DNA of 64,000 nt from an uncultured delta proteobacterium (GCA_963745025.1 CAVUWD010000011.1:416001-480000), one strand, 5' to 3'. Shown: positions 49,145 to 59,880, counted from the first letter of the stretch. Notes: generated from the sequence alone by a model not told the origin. Program-made: numbers and translations.

Positions 49145-50676
49145 GCGGGGAAGCACCCGCGGCGGGTGGTCTCTACGAGCTCTGTCGTTCGCGGTTCCCG
49201 CGCGATCTGGATACCACCGTTCTCGAGCTCGAGGACGGCCGCGCGTACCGCTATCGCGACCTCGAGCGCACGTCGGCGCGCTACGCGCGTCTGTTCGCCG
49301 AGCGCGGCGTCCGCAAGGGCGACCGCGTCGCGGTCCAGGTGGACAAGTCGCCGGAAGCGGTCTTCGTGTATCTGGCCTCGCTCCGCGCCGGCGCGATCTA
49401 CTTGCCGCTCAACCCCGCCTACACGCCGGCCGAGTTCGCCTATTTTCTCGCCGACGCCGAGCCGCGCGTCATCGTCTGCCGCCCGGAATCCGAATCGGCG
49501 GTCCGCGAGACCGTTCGCGCTCTGCCCACGCCTCACGTCCTCACCCTGGGTACCGACGGCGACGGCTCGCTGATCGCAGAGAGCGCTCGTCTCGCCGGCG
49601 ACTTCCGATCACCCCCGTTGGCGGCCGAGGATCTCGCCGCGATCCTCTATACGTCGGGCACGACCGGGCGCTCGAAGGGGGCCATGCTCAGCCACGGGAA
49701 CCTCGCGTCGAACGCTCTCGCGCTCTTCGCGCTCTGGGATTTCCAACGAGAGGACGTGCTTCTCCACGCGCTGCCGATCTTTCACGCGCACGGCCTCTTC
49801 GTCGCGATTCACACCACGCTGCTCGCGGGCGCACGCATGCTCTTCCTGCCGCGCTTCGAAGTCGACACCGTGATCCGCTTGCTGCCGCGAGCGACGGTCC
49901 TCATGGGCGTGCCGACCTTCTACACGCGACTCCTCTCTCATCCCGAGCTCACGCCGGAGCGTTGCGCGAGGATGCGCCTCTTCATTTCCGGCTCCGCCCC
50001 TCTGCTCGCGGAGACCCATCGGCGCTTTCGCGAACGAACCGGACACGCGATCCTCGAGCGCTACGGCATGACCGAGACCCTCATGAACACCTCGAATCCG
50101 CTCCACGGCGAGCGGCTGCCCGGGTCGGTCGGGCGTCCGCTCCCGGGCGTCGAGATCCGAGTCGCCGACGCGGAAGGACACGTTCTCGGAGCGGGGGAAA
50201 TCGGCGTTCTCGAGGTGCGCGGTCCGAACGTCTTCTCCGGCTACTGGCGCATGCCGGAAAAGACCCAAGCCGACTTCCGCGCCGATGGATTCTTCGTCAC
50301 CGGCGACGTCGGCCGGATCGACGAGCGCGGCTACGTGCACATCGTCGGCCGGGCGAAGGAGCTGATCATATCCGGCGGGCTCAACGTCTACCCGAAGGAG
50401 ATCGAAGGCGTCATCGGGCGCATCGACGGCGTCATCGAGTCGGCCGTGGTGGGCGTTCCCCACCCCGACTTCGGGGAGGCCGTGATCGCCGTCGTCAAAC
50501 GCGACGCCGGCCGCGACGACGTGACGGAGGATGCCGTGCTTCGCGCCGCGAGAACGGAGCTCGCGGCGTACAAGGCTCCGAAGCGGATCTTCTTCGCCGA
50601 GGAGCTCCCGCGCAACGCGATGGGCAAGGTGCAGAAGAACCTTCTTCAGGAGCGGTACCAGCGGACCTTCGGGTAA
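49141..50676 (+). CDS. matB: Malonyl-CoA synthetase
   Basis: QVDKS, YTSGTTGRSKG, LPIFHAHGLF, LERYGMTET, PRNAMGKVQK. Confidence 0.9.
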   Translation: MSGEAPAAGGLYELCRSRFPRDLDTTVLELEDGRAYRYRDLERTSARYARLFAERGVRKGDRVAVQVDKSPEAVFVYLASLRAGAIYLPLNPAYTPAEFAYFLADAEPRVIVCRPESESAVRETVRALPTPHVLTLGTDGDGSLIAESARLAGDFRSPPLAAEDLAAILYTSGTTGRSKGAMLSHGNLASNALALFALWDFQREDVLLHALPIFHAHGLFVAIHTTLLAGARMLFLPRFEVDTVIRLLPRATVLMGVPTFYTRLLSHPELTPERCARMRLFISGSAPLLAETHRRFRERTGHAILERYGMTETLMNTSNPLHGERLPGSVGRPLPGVEIRVADAEGHVLGAGEIGVLEVRGPNVFSGYWRMPEKTQADFRADGFFVTGDVGRIDERGYVHIVGRAKELIISGGLNVYPKEIEGVIGRIDGVIESAVVGVPHPDFGEAVIAVVKRDAGRDDVTEDAVLRAARTELAAYKAPKRIFFAEELPRNAMGKVQKNLLQERYQRTFG

Positions 50677-50714
50677 GCCTTCGGTCTGCAACGATCGCTG
50701 CGAAGCCTGAGGAG

Positions 50715-50764
50715 CGCTGGAGTTTCCGGTCGGGCCGAGTACGTCCCGACCGGAAACTCCAGCG
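50715..50764. repeat. Family B-related hairpin between convergent genes; probable terminator
   Basis: CGCTGGAGTTTCCGGTCGGG-CCGAGTACGT-CCCGACCGGAAACTCCAGCG followed by TTTTT. Confidence 0.8.
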
Positions 50765-50833
50765 TTTTTCCGAGTTCGTAGCAATCGTGAGGTTGCCTCT
50801 GACGTAATCCGCAGCGAGCGGAGGACCTAGCCG

Positions 50834-51442
50834 TCAGTGCGCGGGCGCTTCGCCCCAGACCGCCTCGAGGCGCTGGTCGCGGCCGCAGCCGCGCCGGTAG
50901 AAGCGGTAGCGGATCGGGTTCTTCCGGTAGTAGCTCTGATGGTAGTCCTCGGCCCGGTAGAACTGCGTAGCCGGAACGATCTGCGTGACGATCGGGCCCG
51001 GTACCCGCAACGCTTTGGCGACATCCCTCTTCGATTCCTCGGCCAGCCGCCTCTGTTCTTCGTCGTGGTAGAAGATCGCCGAGCGGTACTGATCGCCGCG
51101 GTCGCAAAACTGTCCGTCGGCGTCGGTGGCATCGACGTTTCGCCAAAAGACCTTCAGCAGGTCTGAATAGCTCACCTTCTTCGGGTCGTAGACGACCTCG
51201 ATCGACTCGGCGTGACCGGTCGTACCGGAGCCCACCTCGTCATAGCTGGGATCCTTGGTGTGGCCGCCCGTGTAGCCGACGGTGGTCGACAACACACCCG
51301 CCACGTTGTCGAAGGCCGGCTGCATGCACCAGAAGCAGCCTCCCGCGAACGTCGCCGTCGCCTCTTCGCCGCGAGCGCTGACGGCGCCGCCGAAGAGCAC
51401 CGCCGCGAGCGCGAGGAGCGAGAGCGGAGCGGCTCGGCTCAC
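50834..51442 (-). CDS. msrA: Exported peptide-methionine (S)-S-oxide reductase
   Basis: Signal peptide; AGGCFWCM, GHAES, GQFCDRG.QYRS, AEDYHQ, GCGRD. Confidence 0.95.
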   Translation of the reverse strand: MSRAAPLSLLALAAVLFGGAVSARGEEATATFAGGCFWCMQPAFDNVAGVLSTTVGYTGGHTKDPSYDEVGSGTTGHAESIEVVYDPKKVSYSDLLKVFWRNVDATDADGQFCDRGDQYRSAIFYHDEEQRRLAEESKRDVAKALRVPGPIVTQIVPATQFYRAEDYHQSYYRKNPIRYRFYRRGCGRDQRLEAVWGEAPAH

Positions 51443-51926
51443 GATACCTTACCGGGCACGAACTTCAGAGCGATCCCATTGTTGCACCAGCGCTGCCCGG
51501 TCGGCGGCGGGCCATCGTCGAACACGTGGCCCTGGTGCCCGCCGCAGCGGATGCAGTGATACTCGGTGCGCGGCACGAGGATCTTGTAATCGCTCTTCGT
51601 GCCGACGTGGCCCGGGATCGTCGTGAAAAAGCTCGGCCAACCCGTACCGCTGTCGAACTTCATCTTCGACGTGAAGAGCTCGAGCTCGCACCCGGCGCAG
51701 ACGAACGTGCCCTCCCGGTGCTCTTTGTCGAGCGGGCTCGAACCCGCCGGCTCGGTCGCTTCCTGGCGAAGCACCGCGAACTGCTCCGGGGTGAGTATCT
51801 TCCGCCATTCCTCCTCGGAGTGGCGAACGGGTTGGATGCCGGGGGAAGCTTGTCTTCCGCGCCACTTCGGCAGGCGCCGAAGAGAAATGTGGCAAGTGAG
51901 CCCAAGAGAAAGCTCCTTCTGTGCAT
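51439..51926 (-). pseudogene. msrB: Peptide-methionine (R)-S-oxide reductase with Tat-like leader, frameshifted near 51843
   Basis: MHRRSFLLG...FGAC leader in one frame; EWRKIL, CAGC, SGTGWPSF, GHQGHVF and RWCNNG in another; the shift falls in a C5 run. Confidence 0.85.
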
Positions 51927-51972
51927 GTCGAAACCTCGATGTCAGAACACGCGGCGAGCCGGTTCGGTTCCC

Positions 51973-52090
51973 CGGCCGTCGGCTATCGGCTATCAGCTCT
52001 CGGCTTTCAGCAAAAGAAATCGCAGTAGATTTTGCCCGAAACTGACAGCCGAGAGCCGCCTTGACGCCGATAGCCAATAGCCGGTAGCCG
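51973..52090. repeat. Inverted heptamer (CGGCTAT-like) tandem repeats
   Basis: CGGCTAT CGGCTAT CAGCTCT CGGCTTT ... GAGAGCCG ... GATAGCC AATAGCC GGTAGCCG. Confidence 0.8.
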
Positions 52091-52111
52091 AAACCCGGAA
52101 AGGAGACCGAC

Positions 52112-52654
52112 ATGCCCGTCAAGATTCCCCTGCCGAGCGATGCCGAGCTCGCCCCCGAAACCCGGGAGGTGCTCGCGACGCTGCCGCCGCTCAACATCTT
52201 TCGGATGATCGCTCACGCCCCGGCGAACCTGAAGCCGTTCGTCGATTACGGGATGTCCCTCCTCTTTCAGACCGAGTTCGACGCGCGCAAGCGCGAGATC
52301 GCGATTCTGCGCGTCGCCCACGTGACCCGCTCGCGATACGAGTGGCATCAGCACGTGACGATCGCTCGCCGCGTGGGCGTGACGGACGAAGAGATCGCCA
52401 AAATCGCCGTCGACGGTCCGGTCCGCGGTCTTGACGAAGAAGGCAACCTCCTCTGCCGAGTCGCCGACGAGATCAGCCGCGACGTGCGCCTGAGCGACGA
52501 GGCTCTGTCGGCGATCCTCGAGCGCTACGGCCGACGCCAAGCGGTCGAACTCATCCTCGTCTGCGGCCACTTCAACATGGTGAGCCGCATCCTCGAATCG
52601 ACGCGCGTCGAAGTGGAGGGGGAGAACGTCTTGTCGAAGTGGAAGATGCCGTGA
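52112..52654 (+). CDS. Carboxymuconolactone decarboxylase/AhpD-like protein
   Basis: LNIFRMIAH, REIAILRVA, YEWHQH; AGGAG RBS. Confidence 0.88.
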   Translation: MPVKIPLPSDAELAPETREVLATLPPLNIFRMIAHAPANLKPFVDYGMSLLFQTEFDARKREIAILRVAHVTRSRYEWHQHVTIARRVGVTDEEIAKIAVDGPVRGLDEEGNLLCRVADEISRDVRLSDEALSAILERYGRRQAVELILVCGHFNMVSRILESTRVEVEGENVLSKWKMP

Positions 52655-53036
52655 TGCCATCTGAAGAATTCGATGACGTTCTCCGCTTCTGGTTCCCCAA
52701 GGAATTGAGCGGCGACCATACGGGCGTCGGGCGCTGGTCCTGTACGAAAAGAGCCAATCACGTAGAGCCCCGGTTACGATTCGGTTACCGACGCGTCTTT
52801 TGCCTTGACGGGTGGTCGGTCTTTGGTCTTCACTTTGCCGAATCGAGGGCTCCTTCTTTGGAACTCGAGCGTCAAGTGCAGCTGCGACGCGCTCCGCCCT
52901 GCGATCGTCGGCGTGCGTCGCAGGGATTGTCCGTAACGGCTCGATCCCCCGAGCTCGATTCGCAGAGGCTCCGGGGGGTCATTGTTCCGAACGACGATCG
53001 CGGGTCGAAGTGATCGGATCGCCGGGGAGGAGACAG

Positions 53037-55859
53037 ATGCTTGCATATGACACACGATGGTTCGTTTCGATTGCACTGCTGCTTCTCTCTTTCGAAGGAC
53101 GCGCGATGGCGGGTGACAAAGGCGCCTGCGGCGGGCTCTCGGGCGGGGCCTTCGGACTCTGTAATGCCTTCTGCAACGCGAAGGAGTGCGCGTCAGAGGA
53201 TAGTGAGTCCAAGTCGTGCCGGCAGCTGCGGCGCAACTTCGAGCGTAAGACCGGCAGCTCGTTGTTCCCTTGCGAGAACGCCCCGGTCGGCAACAACAAG
53301 TCCGGCCCGATCGACATCACTCCCGACGGAGGGAAGGTCGTCGCCGCCAACACCGACACCGACACCGTGTCGTTCTTCGAGGTCGACGCCAATGGGTTGC
53401 TCAGCAAGGTGCAGGAGATGACCGTGGGCGACGAGCCGCGCTCGGTGGCGACGTTGCTGAACAAGCCCTGGGCGTATGTCGCCAACGCCGTGAGCGGCAC
53501 GGTGTCGGTGCTCAACGTTGACGACTACTCGCTCGTGGCCACCATCGCAGTGGGCACCGAGCCCCAGGCCGTCGTGGCATCCCCGAACGGCCGCTTCGTC
53601 TACGTGGCCAATGCCAGCGACAACTCGGTCGACGTGATACGCACGAAGACCAACACGGTGATCGCGACCATCCCGGTCGGCCGCAGCCCTCGTGCGCTCG
53701 CCATCACCAACGACGGCGATACCGCCGATGACGACGAGTCACTGTACGTGGCGAACTTCTTCGCCCGCCCGCGCACCGGCTTCACGCCGCCGAGCAGCGC
53801 CAATCTGGGCGGCGCCGCTGGTGCCGGTGCCGCGTTCCCGGTGGGCGCCAATGGCCAGCCGGTGGTCGGCGAGGGCATTTTCGACGACTCGCGGGAGGCC
53901 GTGGTCGACGTCATCTCGACCGCCACCAACACAGTCGTCGACCATGTGGTGCTCGCGCCCATCGCAAACACAGGGTTCAACTTCCCCCGCGGTGCGTTCG
54001 TGAACACCCCCGGGGTGAACGACGCGCCGCGCACGATCTTCGCCGACGGCGGGACGGACGGCACGGTGGCGCAGGCGACCGGCGCCTTCCCGAACATGCT
54101 GCAAAGCATGGTGATCTTCGGCGACCGCGGCTTCGTGCCCAACACCGCCGCTTCGCCCGAGCCGCCGCTGCGCTTCAACATCAACGTGCAGAGCCTGATG
54201 TCGGTGTTCGACGTCGCCAGCAACACGGAGATCGCCGACCAGACGTTCAACATGAACCGCGGGATCAACTTCGACCTGCCGGCCGGCCTCCTCGATGCTC
54301 AGGTCCGCGACAACACGGAGCGCATGTTTCCCTCGGTGCCGGTCGACATCGATTGCTCCGACGCCACCGGCAGGTGCTGGGTGGTGAGCCAGGGCAGCGA
54401 CTTCATCGTGCGCATGGATTTCGACGGCACGGGCAAGCCGACCATCAACGCCCCGGCCGCGCCCGGACCGTTCGCCGTCAGCCCGGTGGTGCGCATCTTC
54501 ACCATCGATCCCGCTAACGCGACAAGTTCGGGGCGCAACCCGCGCGGCATCGTGCTCAACGCCGACGGCACGCGCGGATACGTCGTCTGCCCGACTACCC
54601 GCGACGTCGTCGTCGCGGATCTGGTCGGCAACACCGTCCTGCAACGGGTCCGTTCTGCCGACCTGCCGGTCAACCCCCTCGAACAGTCGATCCTGCGCGG
54701 CAAGATCGACTTCTTCACTTCGCGCCCCTTCTGGTCCGACCGCGGCTGGGGCGGCTGCGGGTCCTGCCACCCCGACGGCCGCACTGACCAGGTGACGTGG
54801 GCGTTCGAGGCCGGCCCGCGCCAGACCGTGTCGCTCGACGGCACCTTCAGCAACGTCGATGGGCTATCCGATCAGCACGCCCTCAACTGGACGCCGGTGC
54901 GCGACGAGAACGAGGACTTCGAGCTCAACACGCGCGGCATCATGGGTGGACGCGGCTTCATCACCACCAACACCGACATCAACGGGGACGGAATCGCCCC
55001 CGACTCCGACCCCAACGTCCGCAACTTCGGCCCCGCCAGCAGTGACCGCTCGACGCAACAGACGGATCTCAAGAACTGGATCGCCTTCGCGGTCCGGAGC
55101 GCCGTCGCACCCCCGAGCAACAGCGGCAATCCATCGCGCGGCCGCGACATCTTCGGAGCTGGCCCGCCCGAGGGTACCAACTGTGTGGCCTGCCACAGCG
55201 GCCCCAAGTGGACGACCAGCCGCATCACCTACGATCGGGTCGACGTCAACCCGGTGCCGGGCACGGATACCGGGATCGTCAACACCGCTGATCCGGGCTC
55301 AGTCTTCCTGAACGGCTTCAACTCGGCGGCGGGCGCCGGGCGACTCTGCGAAGTACCGACACCGCCCGGTGCAACCAACCGGCTCCGAATTTCGCGCCAG
55401 ATCGGTACGTTCACGGCCACCAATCCGATCGAGCTGCGCCACGGTTCCATCAGCCCGATCAACACGGTGGCGCCGGCTTTGGCGGTCAACGCCGCGTTCG
55501 GCGGCGACGGGTTCAGCGCGCCGACGCTGCTCGGCATCTTCGACAGCGCGCCGTACTTCCGCCACGGCGAAGCCCAAACCCTCGAAGAGGTATTCGGCAT
55601 CGGCACCGATCCGAACTTCCTGTCGTCGGTGCGAACGCACTGGCGCTCCGGCACGAGCGGCGTGGCGAACATCCTCGACAGCGATCCGACCGCGGTCGCC
55701 GACCTGATCTCGTTCCTTCGTACCATCGACGACAGCACGCCGCCGTTCCCGGCCGCCGATCTGGCACCGAACGATCCGACCTTCGCGGACGCAGCCGCAC
55801 TGTGTGACTGCCAGAAGGATCCGCCGCTCGGTAGCCCGGTGCTCGACTGTAGCCCCTGA
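53037..55859 (+). CDS. Secreted YVTN beta-propeller plus di-heme cytochrome c (CCP/MauG-like) protein
   Basis: GGAGGAG RBS; signal peptide; YVAN repeats; CGSCHPDG and CVACH; PTLLG..DSAPYF.HG. Confidence 0.9.
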   Translation: MLAYDTRWFVSIALLLLSFEGRAMAGDKGACGGLSGGAFGLCNAFCNAKECASEDSESKSCRQLRRNFERKTGSSLFPCENAPVGNNKSGPIDITPDGGKVVAANTDTDTVSFFEVDANGLLSKVQEMTVGDEPRSVATLLNKPWAYVANAVSGTVSVLNVDDYSLVATIAVGTEPQAVVASPNGRFVYVANASDNSVDVIRTKTNTVIATIPVGRSPRALAITNDGDTADDDESLYVANFFARPRTGFTPPSSANLGGAAGAGAAFPVGANGQPVVGEGIFDDSREAVVDVISTATNTVVDHVVLAPIANTGFNFPRGAFVNTPGVNDAPRTIFADGGTDGTVAQATGAFPNMLQSMVIFGDRGFVPNTAASPEPPLRFNINVQSLMSVFDVASNTEIADQTFNMNRGINFDLPAGLLDAQVRDNTERMFPSVPVDIDCSDATGRCWVVSQGSDFIVRMDFDGTGKPTINAPAAPGPFAVSPVVRIFTIDPANATSSGRNPRGIVLNADGTRGYVVCPTTRDVVVADLVGNTVLQRVRSADLPVNPLEQSILRGKIDFFTSRPFWSDRGWGGCGSCHPDGRTDQVTWAFEAGPRQTVSLDGTFSNVDGLSDQHALNWTPVRDENEDFELNTRGIMGGRGFITTNTDINGDGIAPDSDPNVRNFGPASSDRSTQQTDLKNWIAFAVRSAVAPPSNSGNPSRGRDIFGAGPPEGTNCVACHSGPKWTTSRITYDRVDVNPVPGTDTGIVNTADPGSVFLNGFNSAAGAGRLCEVPTPPGATNRLRISRQIGTFTATNPIELRHGSISPINTVAPALAVNAAFGGDGFSAPTLLGIFDSAPYFRHGEAQTLEEVFGIGTDPNFLSSVRTHWRSGTSGVANILDSDPTAVADLISFLRTIDDSTPPFPAADLAPNDPTFADAAALCDCQKDPPLGSPVLDCSP

Positions 55860-55866
55860 ATCATCT

Positions 55867-55901
55867 CGCCGGAGTGGGGTGGATCCCACCCCACTCCGGC
55901 G
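55867..55901 (+). terminator. Perfect 16-bp hairpin downstream of the di-heme gene
   Basis: CGCCGGAGTGGGGTGG-ATC-CCACCCCACTCCGGCG, 7 nt after the stop; no U-tract. Confidence 0.6.
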
Positions 55902-56082
55902 TCCCGATCCAGAGAACGTCTTGGCGAGGTGGGAGATACCATGACGGGATCGGCTATCACTCTTCGGCTGTCGGCTGAGAACAACCCTCGGTGAAGTGAC
56001 TGGTGGAAGAGGCTCTCGGGCAAAGTCGAGGACCGACCCTCGATTGGCATCGAATCCGGGGGCGCGAACGCCGGGGCTAGCA

Positions 56083-57420
56083 TTGAACCGACGCTCGGAT
56101 GGAGCCGGACGGAGGCGCGACGGCGACGTGATCGTCGTCGGCGCCGGCGTGGCGGGGCTGGAAGCGGCGCGCGTGCTCGCCGATGCGGGCGCGAGCGTCG
56201 TCGTGCTCGAGGCGCGCAGCCGGATCGGCGGACGGATCTTCACGCGGAGGGTTCCCGGAGCGGGCGCGCCGGTCGAGCTCGGCGCGGAGTTCGTGCACGG
56301 CCGGCCGCCCGAGATCTGGAGCATCGTCGTCGACTCGAAGCTCGCCATCCACGAGGTGTCGGGAGACGCGTGGTGTCGGAGCGGCGGCGCGCTCGGCCCG
56401 TGCGGTCGATTGCACGGCGAAGCACGGAGGCTTCTCGCTCGGATGTCGGCGGGGTCACGCGACCGGTCGTTCCAAGAGTTCCTCGCTGCCGAGGGGGGCG
56501 CCGCCTCCCCCGAAGTAGAGTCGCGGGCCAAGTCGTTCGTCGAGGGGTACAATGCCGCCGACGCGCGGCGCGTGAGCGTTCGCTGGCTGCTCGAGGGGCG
56601 CGCGGCCGACCGGAGAGTCGGCGCGAACCGCGCGTACCGCCTGGTCGGAGGCTATGACCAGCTCGCGGAGCAGCTTGCGCGCCGGTCCGACGGATCGCCC
56701 CTGGACATCCGGCTACGCGCCCCGATCGTCGAGGCCCGCTGGCGGCCGGGTGCGGTGGAGATCGCGACGGGGGGAGCACGGCGGTTCTGTGCCGTGCGGG
56801 CGATCTTCGCGCTTCCGCTCGGCGTCTGGCAGGCGGCGAGCGGCGCTGCCGGGGCGATGCGCTTCGTTCCCGCCCTCCGAGACAAGCAAGCCTCGATGCG
56901 CGCGCTGGCGATGGGTCGAGTCCTCAAGGTCGTGCTCGTGTTTCGCCGCCGATTCTGGGATCGGCTCGTGCGCGGCGGGAAGCGCCTGTCAACCGCGGGC
57001 TTTCTCTTCTCGGACGATGAGCGATTTCCGACGTGGTGGAGCAGCCTGCCCGCCCGCGCGCCGATGCTGACGGCGTGGGTCGCGGGACCGCGCGCCGAGG
57101 CCGGGGCGCGTGCGAATGCGGCTCTTCTCCAGCGGGCGCTCGCTGCGCTGGCGGACCTCCTCGACGTCGATCCTGCCCGGGTCCGCGCCGAGCTCGCGAG
57201 CTGGCACGCGCACGACTGGACGACCGACCCTCATTCGCGAGGCGCGTACAGCTATGTGACCGTGGGCGGTTTGGAGGCGCCCCGGGCACTCGCCGAGCCG
57301 GTGCGCAGGACGCTCTTCTTCGCAGGCGAAGCAACCGACACGAGCGGCCACAACGCCACGGTGCACGGCGCGATCGCCAGCGGTCGGCGCGCTGCCGGGG
57401 AGGTGCTCGCGACGCTGTAG
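56083..57420 (+). CDS. Flavin monoamine oxidase family protein
   Basis: [49 protein letters not shown]; start uncertain. Confidence 0.9.
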   Translation: MNRRSDGAGRRRDGDVIVVGAGVAGLEAARVLADAGASVVVLEARSRIGGRIFTRRVPGAGAPVELGAEFVHGRPPEIWSIVVDSKLAIHEVSGDAWCRSGGALGPCGRLHGEARRLLARMSAGSRDRSFQEFLAAEGGAASPEVESRAKSFVEGYNAADARRVSVRWLLEGRAADRRVGANRAYRLVGGYDQLAEQLARRSDGSPLDIRLRAPIVEARWRPGAVEIATGGARRFCAVRAIFALPLGVWQAASGAAGAMRFVPALRDKQASMRALAMGRVLKVVLVFRRRFWDRLVRGGKRLSTAGFLFSDDERFPTWWSSLPARAPMLTAWVAGPRAEAGARANAALLQRALAALADLLDVDPARVRAELASWHAHDWTTDPHSRGAYSYVTVGGLEAPRALAEPVRRTLFFAGEATDTSGHNATVHGAIASGRRAAGEVLATL

Positions 57421-57512
57421 CTTGGCTGCCCGGGCATCCTTCCCAAGACCAGTCGCCCCGGCGGGCGGGCCAGTCTCGACAGGCGGGCTCGCTGGAATCT
57501 ACGACGAGTCCC

Positions 57513-58362
57513 ATGGGACGCGCGCGACTCGGCGAATACCTGTTCGGCATCCAAGGGCTCGCGCTCATCCGAACGTGGATGACGAGCGACGCTCGAGCCT
57601 CGGCGAAGCGCGTCGATGAGATCGGCAAGGTGTACGCAGAAGTTAATGAGGGCCTGCCATCCGTCGTACTCGACCTTCCCGAGTTGGAGGTTCGGCCGGG
57701 CTATGGGGCATGGGCGAGCACCTACGACTATCTACCGAATCCGCTCATCCAGCTCGAAGAGCCTTCGGTTCGCGCTCTCATCGACCGCTCACCGCCGGGC
57801 CGAGCGCTCGATGCGGCCTGCGGAACCGGCCGGCATACGGAGTATCTGCGATCGCGCGGCCACACGGTCATCGGCGTCGATGCCATGCCCGCGATGCTCG
57901 AAAAGAGCACGTAGTCGCGTCGTCGGTGCGGAATTCCGGACCGGCAATCTGGAGGCACTGCCGATCGACACCGCAAGTGTGGACGTGGCGGTGTGTGCGC
58001 TCGCGCTCACCCACGTCACCGACCTCGGCCCCTCGGTCGCCGAGCTCGCCCGCGTGGTGAAGCCCGGCGGCCAGGTCGTCGTCCCCGACCTCCACCCCTT
58101 CATGCTGCTGCTCGGCGGGGGAGCGCTATTTCAAGCAAGCGACGGCCGGTACGGGCTCGTTCGCAGCCACGTGCACCCGCACGCGGCCTACCTCGCCGCC
58201 TTCCGCTCCGCGGGGCTGAAGGTCGAGGAGTGCCTGGAGCTCTCGTGGCCCGAGGAGTACGTCGAGACCATGGCCGGGCCCCTCTTCTGGCTCGCTCCCG
58301 ACGCGTTCCGTGCGGCCATGGCCGGGCTTCCGGGGGCGCTGATCTGGGATCTTCGGCGGTAG
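57513..58362 (+). pseudogene. Class I SAM-dependent methyltransferase, frameshifted near 57905
   Basis: LDAACGTGRH motif I in frame 1 (stop at 57912-57914); DVAVCALALTH, ELARVVKPGG and DLHP in the next frame. Confidence 0.85.
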
Positions 58363-58477
58363 CCGCACTACGCGGCGCGACGCTGCGCACCGCAGCGAAG
58401 GTCGTCGCCGGAACGGCGAATCAGCTATCGGCTGAGAATGATCTTCAGCCGAGAGCCGACAGCGGATTGCCGATTTC

Positions 58478-59683
58478 CTACATATACTTCCGAAATTCCA
58501 TCCTGGCGACTGCGCGGCGGTGAACCTCGTCGGGACCGTCGGCGATCCGCAGGGTGCGGATGTGTGCCCACATGCGGGCCAAGCCGAAGTCGTTGGTCAC
58601 GCCGCCGCCGCCGTGCGCCTGGATCGCGTCGTCGATGATCTTGAGCGCCACGTTCGGCGCTTTCACCTTGATCGCTGCGATCTCGGTCCGCGCGGCCTTG
58701 TTGCCGACGGTATCCATCATCCAGGCCGCCTTCAGCGTGAGCAGACGCGCGCACTCGATCTCGATGCGCGCGTCGGCGACGCGCTCCTCCCAGACCGAGT
58801 GCTCGGCGATCCGCTTGCCAAACGCGGTGCGCGAGAGCAGGCGCTTGCACATGACCGCGAGCGCGCGCTCCGCGACGCCGATCGTGCGCATGCAGTGGTG
58901 AATCCGCCCCGGCCCGAGACGGCCCTGCGCGATCTCGAAACCTCGCCCTTCTCCGAGCAGGAGGTTCTTCGCCGGGACGCGCACGTTGTCGAACGTCACG
59001 TCGCCATGACCGTGCGGCGCATCGTCAAAACCGAAAACCGGCAGCCAGCGGTTCAACTTGATCCCCGGCGTGTCGCGCGGCACCAGGATCTGGCTCTGCT
59101 GACGGTGACGCTCGGCCTTGGGATCGGTCTTGCCCATGAGGATCAGAATCTTGCAGCGGGGGTCGTGGATCCCCGACGTGAACCACTTCCTGCCGTTGAT
59201 CACGTATTGGTCGCCCTCGCGGCGGATCTCGGTCTCGATGTTGGTGGCGTCCGACGACGCGACGGCGGGCTCGGTCATCGCGAAGGCCGAGCGGATCTCT
59301 CCGGCGAGCAGCGGCTCGAGCCACTCCTTCTTCTGCTCCGCGCTCCCGTAGCGCTCGATGACCTCCATGTTGCCGGTATCGGGCGCCGCGCAGTTGAAGA
59401 CTTCCGAAGCGAATTCGACCTTGCCCATCTCCTCGCAGAGAAACGCGTACTCGAGATTGGTGAGGCCGGCGCCGCGCGTGGACTCGGGCAGAAAGAGGTT
59501 CCAGAGCCCCGCCGCACGCGCCTTCTTCTTGAGCTCTTCGAGGAGCGGAAGCACCTGCCAGCGGTCCGGCAGGGCGTCATGCTGGCGATGCATCTCTTCC
59601 TCGTTCGGGTAGATGTGCGCGTCCATGAAGGCGCGCAGCTTGTCGAGGTACTGCTTGGTTCTCTCGGTCGGCTCCAAGTTCAT
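58478..59683 (-). CDS. Acyl-CoA dehydrogenase (ACAD10/11-like)
   Basis: [47 protein letters not shown]. Confidence 0.95.
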   Translation of the reverse strand: MNLEPTERTKQYLDKLRAFMDAHIYPNEEEMHRQHDALPDRWQVLPLLEELKKKARAAGLWNLFLPESTRGAGLTNLEYAFLCEEMGKVEFASEVFNCAAPDTGNMEVIERYGSAEQKKEWLEPLLAGEIRSAFAMTEPAVASSDATNIETEIRREGDQYVINGRKWFTSGIHDPRCKILILMGKTDPKAERHRQQSQILVPRDTPGIKLNRWLPVFGFDDAPHGHGDVTFDNVRVPAKNLLLGEGRGFEIAQGRLGPGRIHHCMRTIGVAERALAVMCKRLLSRTAFGKRIAEHSVWEERVADARIEIECARLLTLKAAWMMDTVGNKAARTEIAAIKVKAPNVALKIIDDAIQAHGGGGVTNDFGLARMWAHIRTLRIADGPDEVHRRAVARMEFRKYM

Positions 59684-59880
59684 GGCATTCTCCTCCACAA
59701 GTAGGTCCAGCAGACCACTCCTACGACAAACTCGTGGATTCGGGTAGACTCCCCCCGTATCCAAACGAGAGCCGACCGTGGAGCGCCTTCGCCTCGTACC
59801 CTCCTGCGCCTTCTCCCTGTTGATCCACTTCGGGCTGCTGCCACTCTTGCTTCGCGGTTTCCGTTGAGCAAAGTCGAGAG

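Noticed and set aside
53037-55859. Hydrazine synthase or cd1 nitrite reductase assignment
   Set aside because: Only architectural resemblance; no hzsA or nir genes nearby, and the heme domain position differs from NirS
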